Below are positions 28,752 to 38,373 of a stretch of DNA of 64,000 nt, piece after piece. The stretch comes from Candidatus Sericytochromatia bacterium (GTDB taxonomy: Bacteria > Cyanobacteriota > Sericytochromatia > S15B-MN24 > VGJW01): NCBI GenBank assembly GCA_035285865.1, contig JAYKHS010000003.1:96001-160000 (forward strand). The letters run 5' to 3'. Below the pieces are notes generated by a model. The model was given only the letters and a program-made list of their open reading frames with translations, did not search any database and had not been told where the DNA came from. The translations under genes and the position numbers were made by a program. How positions within the stretch are numbered: position 1 is the first letter of the stretch; every line of letters starts with the position of its first letter.

Positions 28752-29591
28752 ATGAGCCAGCGCCAAGCGTCAGGTCCGGTCTTCCTCCGGGACAGGGGCG
28801 ACCGGGTGCTGGCCGTGGTCCTGCTGGCCATCGTGGGTCTGTTTGTCCTGCTGGTGATATGGGGCATCCCCCAGGTCGGTCATCAGGTCACGAAGTGGGT
28901 GCCACCGGCGTGGGAACGAAAGCTGGGCGACTCGGCCCTGAAGTCCGTCGTGGTCGGCAAAGCCGAAACCGGTGGGGTCCGGGTCGGGATGGTGGAGGCG
29001 ATCGTCAAACGCCTCACACCCGATGAAGCGACCTGGTCATTCCGTGTCACGCTTGCCCCGGGTGACACCCGAGTCAATGCGATGGCCCTGCCAGGCGGAG
29101 CCATCGTCGTCACCCAGGGACTGCTCGAGCGATGCTCCACTCCGGAGGAATTGGCCGGAGTCCTCGCACACGAGATCGTCCACGTCCAGCGCCGTCACGG
29201 CCTGCAACGGATGGGGCAAGAACTGGGCATCCAGTTGCTGCTGCTCGTGCTGACCGGCGGCGATCCCTCGGACCTTTGGTCTGGTGCCGCAGGTCTCGCC
29301 GGCCTGCACCACAGCCGACAGGCCGAGGACGAGGCCGACAAGGAAGGGCTGGCTCTGATGCTTAAGGCCCGTATCGATCCACAAGGCATGGTGCGGTCGT
29401 TCCGGATGCTCCAGAAGCTTTCGGCGGAGTCTGAAGCCACCGCTTTGCCTGCATTCCTGAGCGATCATCCGGCCGTCGCCGACCGGCTCGCCCGCATCGA
29501 GGCCGAGGCCGCCCGGCATGCCGGTCCGTGGGAACCGATCACCCTGGATCGGCCTTGGCTCAACGTCAGGTTCCCGGCAAGCCGCCGCTGA
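28752..29591 (+). CDS. M48 family zinc metallopeptidase
   Basis: N-terminal TM, VNAMALPGG, VLAHEIVH (HExxH), SRQAEDEAD and FLSDHP; GGAGGAG RBS. Confidence 0.93.
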   Translation: MSQRQASGPVFLRDRGDRVLAVVLLAIVGLFVLLVIWGIPQVGHQVTKWVPPAWERKLGDSALKSVVVGKAETGGVRVGMVEAIVKRLTPDEATWSFRVTLAPGDTRVNAMALPGGAIVVTQGLLERCSTPEELAGVLAHEIVHVQRRHGLQRMGQELGIQLLLLVLTGGDPSDLWSGAAGLAGLHHSRQAEDEADKEGLALMLKARIDPQGMVRSFRMLQKLSAESEATALPAFLSDHPAVADRLARIEAEAARHAGPWEPITLDRPWLNVRFPASRR

Positions 29592-29597
29592 GGACCT

Positions 29598-30686
29598 TCA
29601 GTGCAGGCGAGGACGCCCCCGGGGGGCTTCGCCGCGACTGCGGGACGCGAAGGCCAACTGGCTTTCCCCGAGCAGCACCGCTGCGTGCGCCCCGGTGATC
29701 CGCCCCTCGTTCAGAGCACGAAGGATGGCGCCCTCGAAGGCGCTTGGCGGCGGCCCCTCGCGCAGTGGTTCCCGCTCCATCCATCCGCGGGCATGCATGT
29801 CGGCCGCCAGTTCGGAGGCGTGCTGGGCCTCGAGCAGGCCCAGTTCGCGAAGACGGTCCAACCATCCGCCCATGGACAGACCGTGGGCCGCCTTGAGGAG
29901 CAGCAGCTCGCGGAGGTCCATGCGCGTCACACCGCGTCCGGGCTCGCGCTCGGCCACCAGGCGCGGCACCAGCAGGGCGCGGGCGAAACGGCGAATCCAG
30001 CGCGGCTCCTGGTCTGCCTGGCCGGCCAGATGCCAGCCGAGGACCTCGGCCGCCCCCTCCTGATCGAACGCCGGGTCCGACTCCGTGGGCAGGACGGCAA
30101 CGGGCCAGGCTCCGACGTGTACGGGGCGTCGCCCAAGCGGAGCGACCATCGCAACAGGAGCGTGCACGACGACCCACCCCCGGCGCTCCATCTCGGCACC
30201 CAGATGTCGCCAGGGCTGCAGGCCCTGCCCCCAAAGAACCCTGAGGCGATCGGCCCGCTGTTCGGCTTCCTCGGCTGAGCGAATCGGGCCGAGCAGGCCG
30301 GCATCGAGGTGCGCCGGCTCCTCATGCCATGTCCCGAGTGTCCGAACACCCTCCGCGCGGTCGACGCCATCGAGTATCCGGGTGGTCAACCGCGCCGCCG
30401 TCCGTCCTGCCAGCACCACCCCGACGGGCCAGACCGGAGCCCTCAGCGCTTCGTGCGTAGGGCGGCCCAGGTCTTCGGGTGTCACGCCCATCTCGCGCGC
30501 CAAGGCGAGAAGCGTGCGCCCCGAAGGCTGCGCACGGCCGTGCTCGTACTGCAGGAGCGACGTGTGGCTCAGACCGATGCGGCCAGCCAGCTCACGCAAG
30601 GTCAGCCCCGCCCTGACCCGTACCTTGCGGAGGTGTCGCCCCTGCCGCAGAAGTGTGTCCTCGCCCCAAGCCATGGCCATGCCCAT
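29598..30686 (-). CDS. XRE-family HTH fused to degenerate ImmA/IrrE-like domain
   Basis: LTLRELAGRIGLSHTSLLQYEHG HTH; C-terminal FARALLVP and GRITGAHAAVLLG are typical of XRE-IrrE fusions; HExxH absent; GGAGG RBS. Confidence 0.8.
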   Translation of the reverse strand: MGMAMAWGEDTLLRQGRHLRKVRVRAGLTLRELAGRIGLSHTSLLQYEHGRAQPSGRTLLALAREMGVTPEDLGRPTHEALRAPVWPVGVVLAGRTAARLTTRILDGVDRAEGVRTLGTWHEEPAHLDAGLLGPIRSAEEAEQRADRLRVLWGQGLQPWRHLGAEMERRGWVVVHAPVAMVAPLGRRPVHVGAWPVAVLPTESDPAFDQEGAAEVLGWHLAGQADQEPRWIRRFARALLVPRLVAEREPGRGVTRMDLRELLLLKAAHGLSMGGWLDRLRELGLLEAQHASELAADMHARGWMEREPLREGPPPSAFEGAILRALNEGRITGAHAAVLLGESQLAFASRSRGEAPRGRPRLH

Positions 30687-30789
30687 CTCGCGAACCTCCC
30701 TGAGCGAATCGACCCGAACCCGATGCCATACCAGCATCAAGTTGGCAGCGATCCCAGCAGGACGATCCGTTGAAGGTGTCAGGAACGTG

Positions 30790-31989
30790 TCAGGCCGGCG
30801 TGACGGCCGACAGGATGCCCAACTCGCGGCCGACCCTGCCGAAGGCATCGAGGGCCCTGCCGAGGTCCTCGCGGGTATGTCCTGCCGTCACGATGGCGCG
30901 CACGCGCTCCGCACCGCGGGGCACGGTCGGGAAACCGATGCCGACGCAGAAGACACCTTCCTCGAAGAGCCGATCGGACAGGCGCATGGCCAAGCGCGTG
31001 TCGCCCGTGATGACGGGGGTGATGGGCGTGGTCGAGACACCGATGTCGAAGCCCATGCGCCCGAGGCCTTCCTTGAAGAAGCGCGTGTTGTCCCAGAGGC
31101 GAGCAAGAAGCGTCTCGTCCTCCTCGAGCATCCTGAAGGCCTCGCGCACGGCCGAAGTGACCGCCGGGGGATGGGAGGTACTGAACAGGAAGGGGCGCCC
31201 CCGCTGATGCAGCATCTCGATGAGAACTCGCGGGCCCGCAACGTAGCCGCCGAGCACGCCGATGGCCTTGGATAGGGTACCCACCTGAATGTGCACCCTG
31301 CCATGCAGGCCGAAATGGTCCACGGTACCGCGGCCCTGATGCCCGAGGACGCCGGAGGCGTGGGCATCGTCGACCATGATGATGGCCCCGTGCTCTTCGG
31401 CCGCATCGACGATATCGGGCAAGGGGGCGACGTCGCCGTCCATCGAGAATACACCGTCCGTCACGACGAGGGTGCGGCGATACTGGCCGCGAACCTCCTC
31501 GAGGACCCGACGCAGGTCCGCCACGTCGGCGTGCTTGTAGACCTTGATGGTGGCCCGGGACAGGCGACAGCCGTCGATGATGCTCGCGTGGTTGAGGGCG
31601 TCCGAGACGATCACGTCTTCCTTGCCGAGGACGGACCCGACCGTGCCGGCATTGGCCGTGAAACCGCTCTGGAAGACGACGGCCGCCTCGGTGTGCTTGA
31701 ACCGGGCCAGGTACTGCTCGAGCTCGACGTGCGCGGCCATCGTGCCGGCGATGGTCCGGACCGAAGCCGAACCCGCCCCGCAGGTCCGAACGGCCTCGAT
31801 AGCCGCCTCGCGCAGACGCGGATGGTTGGCCAGCGCCAGATAGTTATTGCTGGAGAGGTTGACAACCTCGCGGCCGTCCACGCGGCAGACGGGCTCCTGG
31901 GCGCCATCAAGCACACGGGCCATCCGGAAGGCCCCCTGGGCCATCAACTCGGCCCGCTCGTCCTCGAGGAACTGCAAGGGATGGGTCAC
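30790..31989 (-). CDS. kbl: glycine C-acetyltransferase (2-amino-3-ketobutyrate CoA ligase)
   Basis: SNNYL, LNHASIIDG, DGVFSMDGD, DDAH and GTLSKA (PLP Lys); adjacent to tdh. Confidence 0.9.
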   Translation of the reverse strand: MTHPLQFLEDERAELMAQGAFRMARVLDGAQEPVCRVDGREVVNLSSNNYLALANHPRLREAAIEAVRTCGAGSASVRTIAGTMAAHVELEQYLARFKHTEAAVVFQSGFTANAGTVGSVLGKEDVIVSDALNHASIIDGCRLSRATIKVYKHADVADLRRVLEEVRGQYRRTLVVTDGVFSMDGDVAPLPDIVDAAEEHGAIIMVDDAHASGVLGHQGRGTVDHFGLHGRVHIQVGTLSKAIGVLGGYVAGPRVLIEMLHQRGRPFLFSTSHPPAVTSAVREAFRMLEEDETLLARLWDNTRFFKEGLGRMGFDIGVSTTPITPVITGDTRLAMRLSDRLFEEGVFCVGIGFPTVPRGAERVRAIVTAGHTREDLGRALDAFGRVGRELGILSAVTPA

Positions 31990-32011
31990 GTCAGGCCTCC
32001 GAGGGCACGGT

Positions 32012-33079
32012 TCAGGGAAGCAGGGCGACCTTGCCGCAGGAACCCGAGCGCATCAGGCTCATGGCCTCGTCGAAGGCATCAAGCGGCAGACGATGGGTCA
32101 CGAGTTGGGCGAGATCCACGCGCCCGCTGCCGACAAGGCCCATCGCCTGGGACCAGGTCTCGTACATGCGACGGCCGGCAATTCCGTGGACGGTGGCACC
32201 CTTGAAGACGATGCCGTTGGCGATGTCGAGTTCGACGGGCTTGCTGGGCAGGCCGAGCATCGAAAAGCGCCCAGCGTAGGCCAGGGCCTCGAAGGCCTGC
32301 CGTATGGCCACGGGATGCCCGGACATCTCGCAGACGACATCGGCCCCTTCTCCCCCGGTGGCACGGCGGATCGCCGCCACGGGATCCTCTTCGGTTGACA
32401 GGATCGTGTGGGTAGCCCCCATGCGGCGGGCGAACTCGAGACGGTATGGGTTGATGTCCACGGCGAAGACGGCGGCAGCTCCGGCGGCGGCGGCGACAGC
32501 GCAGGCCATGATGCCGATGGGGCCGCAGCCCATCACGAGCACGGTCCGTCCGGCCACCGGCCCGGACAGTACCGTGTGCACGGCGTTGCCGAACGGCTCG
32601 AGCAGCGACGCCACCACGGGATCCATCGACTCGGGAATCTTGATGCCGTTGCCTGCGGGCAGGCGGACATATTCGGCATAGCTGCCGGAGGTATCCACAC
32701 CCAGAATCACCGTACGCCGGCAGACGTGGGCCTGGCCCTCGCGGCACGCACGACAGGTGCCGCAGACCACGTGCGTCTCGGCCGCTACCCGGTCGCCCGG
32801 CACTAGGTTGTCGACCTCGGAGCCCACGGCCACGACCTCGCCCGAGAACTCATGGCCGGCAATCAGGGGCGGACGCGTCCGCTCCTGCGCCCAAGCGTCC
32901 CAGTCATAGATGTGCAGGTCGGTGCCGCAGACCGTCGTGGCCTGAACCCGGACCAGCACGTCTCGGGGACCGGGCACGGGCACGTCAACATGTTGCAGTT
33001 CGGCACCCGGTGCGGCTGCCGCCTTGACGACCGCCCTCATCGTGCGGGGCAACGATGCAGGAAGGGCTGAAACGGACAT
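32012..33079 (-). CDS. tdh: L-threonine 3-dehydrogenase
   Basis: CGTDLHIY, GHEFSG, ETHVVCGTCRAC, EPFGNAVH, GCGPIG and GRRMYETW. Confidence 0.95.
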   Translation of the reverse strand: MSVSALPASLPRTMRAVVKAAAAPGAELQHVDVPVPGPRDVLVRVQATTVCGTDLHIYDWDAWAQERTRPPLIAGHEFSGEVVAVGSEVDNLVPGDRVAAETHVVCGTCRACREGQAHVCRRTVILGVDTSGSYAEYVRLPAGNGIKIPESMDPVVASLLEPFGNAVHTVLSGPVAGRTVLVMGCGPIGIMACAVAAAAGAAAVFAVDINPYRLEFARRMGATHTILSTEEDPVAAIRRATGGEGADVVCEMSGHPVAIRQAFEALAYAGRFSMLGLPSKPVELDIANGIVFKGATVHGIAGRRMYETWSQAMGLVGSGRVDLAQLVTHRLPLDAFDEAMSLMRSGSCGKVALLP

Positions 33080-33196
33080 GGGTGAAAGTGTCACAGGCAT
33101 GGAAAAGGGGTTCGAGGGCTGGGCCACGCACCATCGCGCGGCAGGAACACGGGACCTGCTTCATGGTAGCACGATCGTGCCCTGCGAAGGCTTGCG

Positions 33197-35863
33197 CTAA
33201 GGGTGCAGCGGCCCCGTACCCAGGCTCACGGACCAGGCCTGGCCACCACCCGCCCCCTCGGCCTCCCGGAAGACGGCCTCGAGGGCCTCCTGAGTATCGG
33301 CGCAACCGATGACCACCAGATCACCCTCGCGGGCCATGGCCAGCGCGAACTTGATGGACTCGGTCTCGTCGGCAATGACCGTCAGGCGCTCTTCGGGAAA
33401 ACCGGCCGCCCGCACGCCCTCGGCGATGACACCCGCGACATGGCCCGGCGCCGTCCCCCTCAGGTCCGACATGTCGCGGACCACCAACCAGTCGAAGCCG
33501 CCCGCTGCCACCTCGCCCACCTCCCGCAACTTGGCGGGCAGGCGATCACCCGGTGCGGTCACGACGCCGATGCGACGCCCCACCTCCAATTGGCGGACGG
33601 TATCGATGATCGCCCGGTAGGAATCGGGGTTGTGCGCATAGTCGACCAGCACCGTGAAGTCGCGGACGCGGACCAGGTTGAGTCGGCCCGGATTGGTCTC
33701 GAAGGTGCTGTGGAAGCTCTCGAGGCCTTGGACAACCTGCTCATGCGTCAGGCCCTGATGAATCAGGACAGCCACGGCTGCCAGCACGTTCTCGATGTTG
33801 TGGCGGGCCTTGCCGCGAAGCGTCACGGGCAAGCGCTCGACCTCGACGAGGGGCAGGCGGTGGTCACCATAGGCCACCATCACCATGCCCTTGCGCAGGG
33901 TCACGGCCACTCCGCCCTGGGCCATGTGGGCGCGCACCAGCGGCAAATCATCCTCCATCGCGAACCAGGTGACCTTGGTTCCTTCGGGAAGTTCTTCGGC
34001 CATCCGCACGCAATGGGGATCCTGGGCGTTGAGTACGCAATGCCCCCGGGTACGCCGCGCCACGAGACCCTTGATGGAGGCGAGATCCTCGAGCGTCTGC
34101 ACGCCATGCTGCCCGAGGTGGTCGTCCCGAACGTTCAGGACCACGCCGGTGTCGCACCAATCGAAAGCCAATCCGCGCTTGAAGAGCCCGCCCCGGGCCG
34201 TCTCGAGGACAGCCACCTCGACCGTCGGGTCGGACAGGACGGTGCGCGCCGACCAGTATCCGGTGCAGTCACCCCGCTGGATGCGCTGACCATCGAGGTA
34301 AATGCCCTCCGTGGTGGTGGTTCCGGTCCGCCGACCCGCATGGCGCAGGACGTGCGCGACCAGCAGGGTCGTTGTCGTCTTGCCGTTGGTGCCCGTGACG
34401 GCGATGACGGGGACTTGGGTGGGTGCGCCCTGGGGGAAAAGCATGTCGATGATGGCTGCCCCGACGTCGTGGGGCTCGCCCTCCGAAGGCGACTGGTGCA
34501 TCCGGATGCCGGGCGCGGCATTGACCTCGATGATGGCACCGCCTTGGGCGTCGAGGGGCCGCGAGATGTCGTGCGCGACAATGTCGATCCCGGCGATGTC
34601 CAGGCCGATCTTGCGGGCGGCACGGACGGCCATCAGGGCGTTGGCGGGATGGATTTCGTCTGTGAGGTCCACCGCCGTCCCCCCAGTGGAGAGGTTGGCA
34701 TTCGTCCGCAACAAGACCAGCCGGCCGGCCTCGGGCACGTCGTCGGGGCCGAGACCCTGACCGCCGAGTACCTCAAGCGCATTGGCATCAAGCTTGAGTT
34801 TCGTCAGGGGCTTCAGATGGCCTGTGCCGCGCCGCGGATCCCGGTTGGCCTCGTCGCACAGGGTCCGAATCGTGCGCTGGCCATCGCCGACGACGTGCGC
34901 CGGGTCCCTCCGAGCCACGGCCACCACGCGATCACCCACCACGAGAACCCTGTGGTCCCGGCCCTCGATGGACTGCTCGACGAGCACGCTTCGTCCGAAC
35001 TCCCTGGCCAGGCGAAAGGCTCCCTCCAGTGCCTCGGGCGTTGTCACGCCGACCGTAACACCCTTGCCCTGGTTGCCATAATGCGGCTTCACGGCAACCC
35101 GCCCGAGGCGCCGCAGCAGACGCTGGGCATCCTCCAGCCGCGTCACGGCCTCGCCACGCGGCACGGGCAGACCCGCTTCGCGGAGCAAGGCATTCGTCTG
35201 ATCCTTGTCGGAAGCAATCTCGACGGCGATGTGGCTGGTCGCGCTCGTCAGGGCCGCCTGAATGCGCTTCTGCCAGCGGCCGGTGCCCACCTGGAAAAGC
35301 GACGCCTCGTCCGTGACGCGATAGACCGGGATGCCACGGCGCCGGGCCGCATCGACGATGGCCGCCGTGCTGGGTCCGAGCGCGTGGCGCCGCGCCCAGT
35401 AGCGCAAGTCGTCGAGGTCGCGGCGAATGTCGGGCTCGGCACCGGCACACAAGCTCTCGAGGAGGCGGATGGCCACAGGGACGGCTTCGGTCACGACCCG
35501 CTCCAACAGATAGCTGGTCACGATGCGGTAGTGCCCGGCAGGCTGATCCCGCATCTCGCGCGCCTTGCCGAAGCCCACCTCGGTGCCGGCCGCACACTGC
35601 AACTCGATCAGCACGTGCTCGAGGATGTGGGCCATGTAGGTGCCTTCACGCAGACGCGCCACGAACCCCCCGCGGTAGCCGCGGGAACAGCGATGTTCGG
35701 CGAGGCCGGGCAGCAGCGCGAGCAGACGATCCGTGAAACCCGGGAAGGCAGTGGAGGGCCGATCGTGGAGTTCCTGCAGGTCCACATGAAGAAAGAGGGC
35801 CGGCCTCGGGCTGTAGAGGTTCGGCCCGCGCAGCAGGCGCTGTTCAATGACCTGGATGGGCAA
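33197..35863 (-). CDS. cphA: cyanophycin synthetase CphA1
   Basis: LRGPNLYS, GPSTAAIV, ATP-grasp (KPHYGNQGKGV, ANLSTGG, EVNAAPG) and Mur-ligase domain (VTGTNGKTTT, ETARGG, DYAHNP). Confidence 0.97.
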   Translation of the reverse strand: MPIQVIEQRLLRGPNLYSPRPALFLHVDLQELHDRPSTAFPGFTDRLLALLPGLAEHRCSRGYRGGFVARLREGTYMAHILEHVLIELQCAAGTEVGFGKAREMRDQPAGHYRIVTSYLLERVVTEAVPVAIRLLESLCAGAEPDIRRDLDDLRYWARRHALGPSTAAIVDAARRRGIPVYRVTDEASLFQVGTGRWQKRIQAALTSATSHIAVEIASDKDQTNALLREAGLPVPRGEAVTRLEDAQRLLRRLGRVAVKPHYGNQGKGVTVGVTTPEALEGAFRLAREFGRSVLVEQSIEGRDHRVLVVGDRVVAVARRDPAHVVGDGQRTIRTLCDEANRDPRRGTGHLKPLTKLKLDANALEVLGGQGLGPDDVPEAGRLVLLRTNANLSTGGTAVDLTDEIHPANALMAVRAARKIGLDIAGIDIVAHDISRPLDAQGGAIIEVNAAPGIRMHQSPSEGEPHDVGAAIIDMLFPQGAPTQVPVIAVTGTNGKTTTTLLVAHVLRHAGRRTGTTTTEGIYLDGQRIQRGDCTGYWSARTVLSDPTVEVAVLETARGGLFKRGLAFDWCDTGVVLNVRDDHLGQHGVQTLEDLASIKGLVARRTRGHCVLNAQDPHCVRMAEELPEGTKVTWFAMEDDLPLVRAHMAQGGVAVTLRKGMVMVAYGDHRLPLVEVERLPVTLRGKARHNIENVLAAVAVLIHQGLTHEQVVQGLESFHSTFETNPGRLNLVRVRDFTVLVDYAHNPDSYRAIIDTVRQLEVGRRIGVVTAPGDRLPAKLREVGEVAAGGFDWLVVRDMSDLRGTAPGHVAGVIAEGVRAAGFPEERLTVIADETESIKFALAMAREGDLVVIGCADTQEALEAVFREAEGAGGGQAWSVSLGTGPLHP

Positions 35864-36719
35864 GGGGCTCTCCGGAGACGGACGCGAGGGCAGAGGGGGG
35901 GAGTAGTGATTCGCCGAGCAGGATCCGGGTCTCGATGTTGTAGGTCCAGCCGGCCGGGAGCATGTGCATGCGGACGTTGCCCATGGCCAGCAAAGCGCCG
36001 GGTTGGGCGCTCAGGACGTTGGACTCGGCCAGTTCGCGACCATCGAGGATGGTGACCATGCCGGAACCGATGACCTGCATGCGGTAGTCTTCTTCGACCA
36101 GCATCGCCGTGTCCTCGTCGATGCCGATGCCCAGCACGAAGGGATTCTGGGCCACGATGGAAAGCAGACGGCCCAGGCGTTGCCGCTGCAGGAAGTGCTG
36201 ATCGACGACGACGCGGCGCAGCAGGCCGAGGCCGGGCGCGAGATGCAGCATGTGCTTGCGGGGATGCAGGCCCGTCCCCCCCTCGGCGATCATGTGCTCG
36301 CTGATGGCGCTGGCCCCCGCCGAGGTGCCGGCGACGACGAGGCCTGTCTTGTTGGCCCGATGCATGGCCTTGGCCACCTCGGTACCGCCCAGCAGGGCCG
36401 AGATGCGGTTCTGGTCTCCCCCGGTCAGGAACACGGCGGTGCTGGCGTACACGGCTTGGACGAGATCCTCGCGATTGGCCTCCTCACGCGACTCGATCGG
36501 CAGACAGGTGACCTCGCCGACACCCATGGCCCGAAACAGCTCGCCGTAGACGCGCTCCTTGCCCGCGGCATCGCGCGAGGCGGTGGGAATCAGGGCGATA
36601 CGGGCGTCCGCGCCACCGGCCAAGGAGACGAATGTCCCGAGGATGGGGGCACCGGGTTCCTTGACCTCGGAGCCACCGATGACCAGCAGCGGCCCGCGCC
36701 GAGACTCGGCTTGGCTCAT
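35844..36719 (-). CDS. cphB: cyanophycinase (peptidase S51)
   Basis: IGGSE, TGGDQ, GTSAGA (nucleophile Ser), DQHFLQRQRLGRL and GIDEDT; directly upstream of cphA. Confidence 0.95.
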   Translation of the reverse strand: MSQAESRRGPLLVIGGSEVKEPGAPILGTFVSLAGGADARIALIPTASRDAAGKERVYGELFRAMGVGEVTCLPIESREEANREDLVQAVYASTAVFLTGGDQNRISALLGGTEVAKAMHRANKTGLVVAGTSAGASAISEHMIAEGGTGLHPRKHMLHLAPGLGLLRRVVVDQHFLQRQRLGRLLSIVAQNPFVLGIGIDEDTAMLVEEDYRMQVIGSGMVTILDGRELAESNVLSAQPGALLAMGNVRMHMLPAGWTYNIETRILLGESLLPPSALASVSGEPLAHPGH

Positions 36720-36725
36720 GGTGGC

Positions 36726-36734
36726 ATTGTAGCA
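36726..36734 (-). promoter_or_regulatory. extended -10 TGCTACAAT, probably giving a leaderless cphB transcript
   Basis: TGn-TACAAT ends 6 nt before the ATG; no SD sequence. Confidence 0.6.
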
Positions 36735-36760
36735 CCCGAGCGCAGGAGCGGGTCCCGGCT

Positions 36761-38248
36761 TCAGGTCCTGGCCGAACCTCGCGGACGAAGGGGCAGCGTG
36801 AACCAGAAACACGAGCCGGCCCCGGACTGGGAGCGAACCCCGATGCGACCGCGCTGACCCTCGACGAGGGCTTTGGCCACGGTGAGCCCCAGACCGACAC
36901 CGCCGTGCAGGCGGGTGAGGCCAGGATCGGCTTGATAGAAGCGCTCGAAGACGTGGGGAAGATGCTCGGGCCCGATGCCGATGCCATCATCCTCAATTTC
37001 TACCAGCAGGCGGGTCTCCTCCAGTCGAGCGCGGATCTCGACCTGCCCTCCGACCGGCGTGAACTTGAGCGCGTTGCCGACCAAGGCATGCAGGATGCGG
37101 GCGACGGCTTCACGATCTCCGTAGGCGGGCAAGGTCGCTCGGTCCGGACGCAGCACCAGCCGGATGCCATGGTCCCGCGCCCGAGCCTCGAATGCAGCGA
37201 CGATCTCCGGCAACAGACGCGCGACATCGAGGTCGTGACAATGCAATTCGAAGGACCCGTCCTGCAGGCGCGTGAAGTCGAGCAGATCGTCGACCATCTC
37301 CTGCAACTGTCGCGCCCCGGCCTGGATACCCCGGACGTACTCGGCCTGGCTGGGCGTGAGCTCGCCACCGAGGCCATCCTCGAGAAACTCGGCGTAGCCC
37401 GTGATGAGGGAGAGCGGGGTCCGGAGCTCGTGGCTGGCCGTGCTCAGGAACTGGTTCTTCAGCCGATCCAACTGGCCCTGTTCCGCCACGGCCCGAGCAC
37501 GCTCCTGCTCCTCGAGCACCCGGCGTGTCGCATCGTCCACCAGCACCAGCAGGGCAAACCCCGAGCCGCAATCCTGCTCGACGCGGGAAATGGCCAGATC
37601 CAGAAAGCGGACGGAGCCGAGGCCGACGGAAGCCACGTCGACTCCCCGCAATCGCGCAGGTACGGCCGTCCGCGCCACCCGCCCCAGAACCCTCCCCAGA
37701 CCGATACCCGGCAGGCAGCGCGACAGCAACCTGCCATGCCAGCCCTTGCCCCCCATCCGATCAAGCAGACCATTGACCCAAAGCACCTGGCCCTCGAGAT
37801 CCGTCAGCACCACGCCGGAAGGAAAGTGGGCGTAGAGCCCCTGCAGCACCCCGAGAAAGCGATCGCCCCCCGCAGGCTCTTCAGAAGGCCAAACGACCAG
37901 ATGCACGATGAGCTGATCGCCCACGGCCCGAGACAGGCTGGCGCGAAAACGAACTGCAGGCAAATCGGCGAAGCAGACCTCGAACGGCGGAACCCTCTCG
38001 CCTCGAGCATGCGCCAGCCAGCGCCCGATCCAGAGATCGCGGCTTCGGGGCGTCAGGGATTCGACGAAGGGGCGACCGACGCCCGGAACCGGCACCCCGG
38101 CCAGCACCGGTTGCCAGCCCGAACTGGCTCCCAACCAGCGTCCATGGGTATCGAGGACGACGAATCCCGGTTCATAGCCGTCGTGAGAACCGAGGGTTCG
38201 GGCGAATCGCACCGCTCCATCGGCAAGCCCGACTGCTCCCCTGAACAT
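36761..38248 (-). CDS. PAS-domain sensor histidine kinase (orphan)
   Basis: ASHELRTPL H-box, NALKFT, DDGIGI, FERFYQ and GVGLGL; N-terminal PAS-like segments. Confidence 0.9.
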   Translation of the reverse strand: MFRGAVGLADGAVRFARTLGSHDGYEPGFVVLDTHGRWLGASSGWQPVLAGVPVPGVGRPFVESLTPRSRDLWIGRWLAHARGERVPPFEVCFADLPAVRFRASLSRAVGDQLIVHLVVWPSEEPAGGDRFLGVLQGLYAHFPSGVVLTDLEGQVLWVNGLLDRMGGKGWHGRLLSRCLPGIGLGRVLGRVARTAVPARLRGVDVASVGLGSVRFLDLAISRVEQDCGSGFALLVLVDDATRRVLEEQERARAVAEQGQLDRLKNQFLSTASHELRTPLSLITGYAEFLEDGLGGELTPSQAEYVRGIQAGARQLQEMVDDLLDFTRLQDGSFELHCHDLDVARLLPEIVAAFEARARDHGIRLVLRPDRATLPAYGDREAVARILHALVGNALKFTPVGGQVEIRARLEETRLLVEIEDDGIGIGPEHLPHVFERFYQADPGLTRLHGGVGLGLTVAKALVEGQRGRIGVRSQSGAGSCFWFTLPLRPRGSART

Positions 38249-38373
38249 CCCGCGACAAGACCCCTGACAACATCCGTAACGCTACGAACGCAAAATCATC
38301 ATGACACACGCTTGAAATATCATCGTCTGCCATATTGAATGAGGGAGTCCGTCCCAGTTGACGGCTGGCCCGC

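Noticed and set aside
33203..36055. 950-aa plus-strand ORF, and similar long ORFs at 712-2253, 14139-16517, 42909-44750 and 55137-56987
   Set aside because: These are antisense or off-frame shadows of well-supported genes (cphA, glnS, ppc, tyrS, uvrC), as expected in high-GC DNA.
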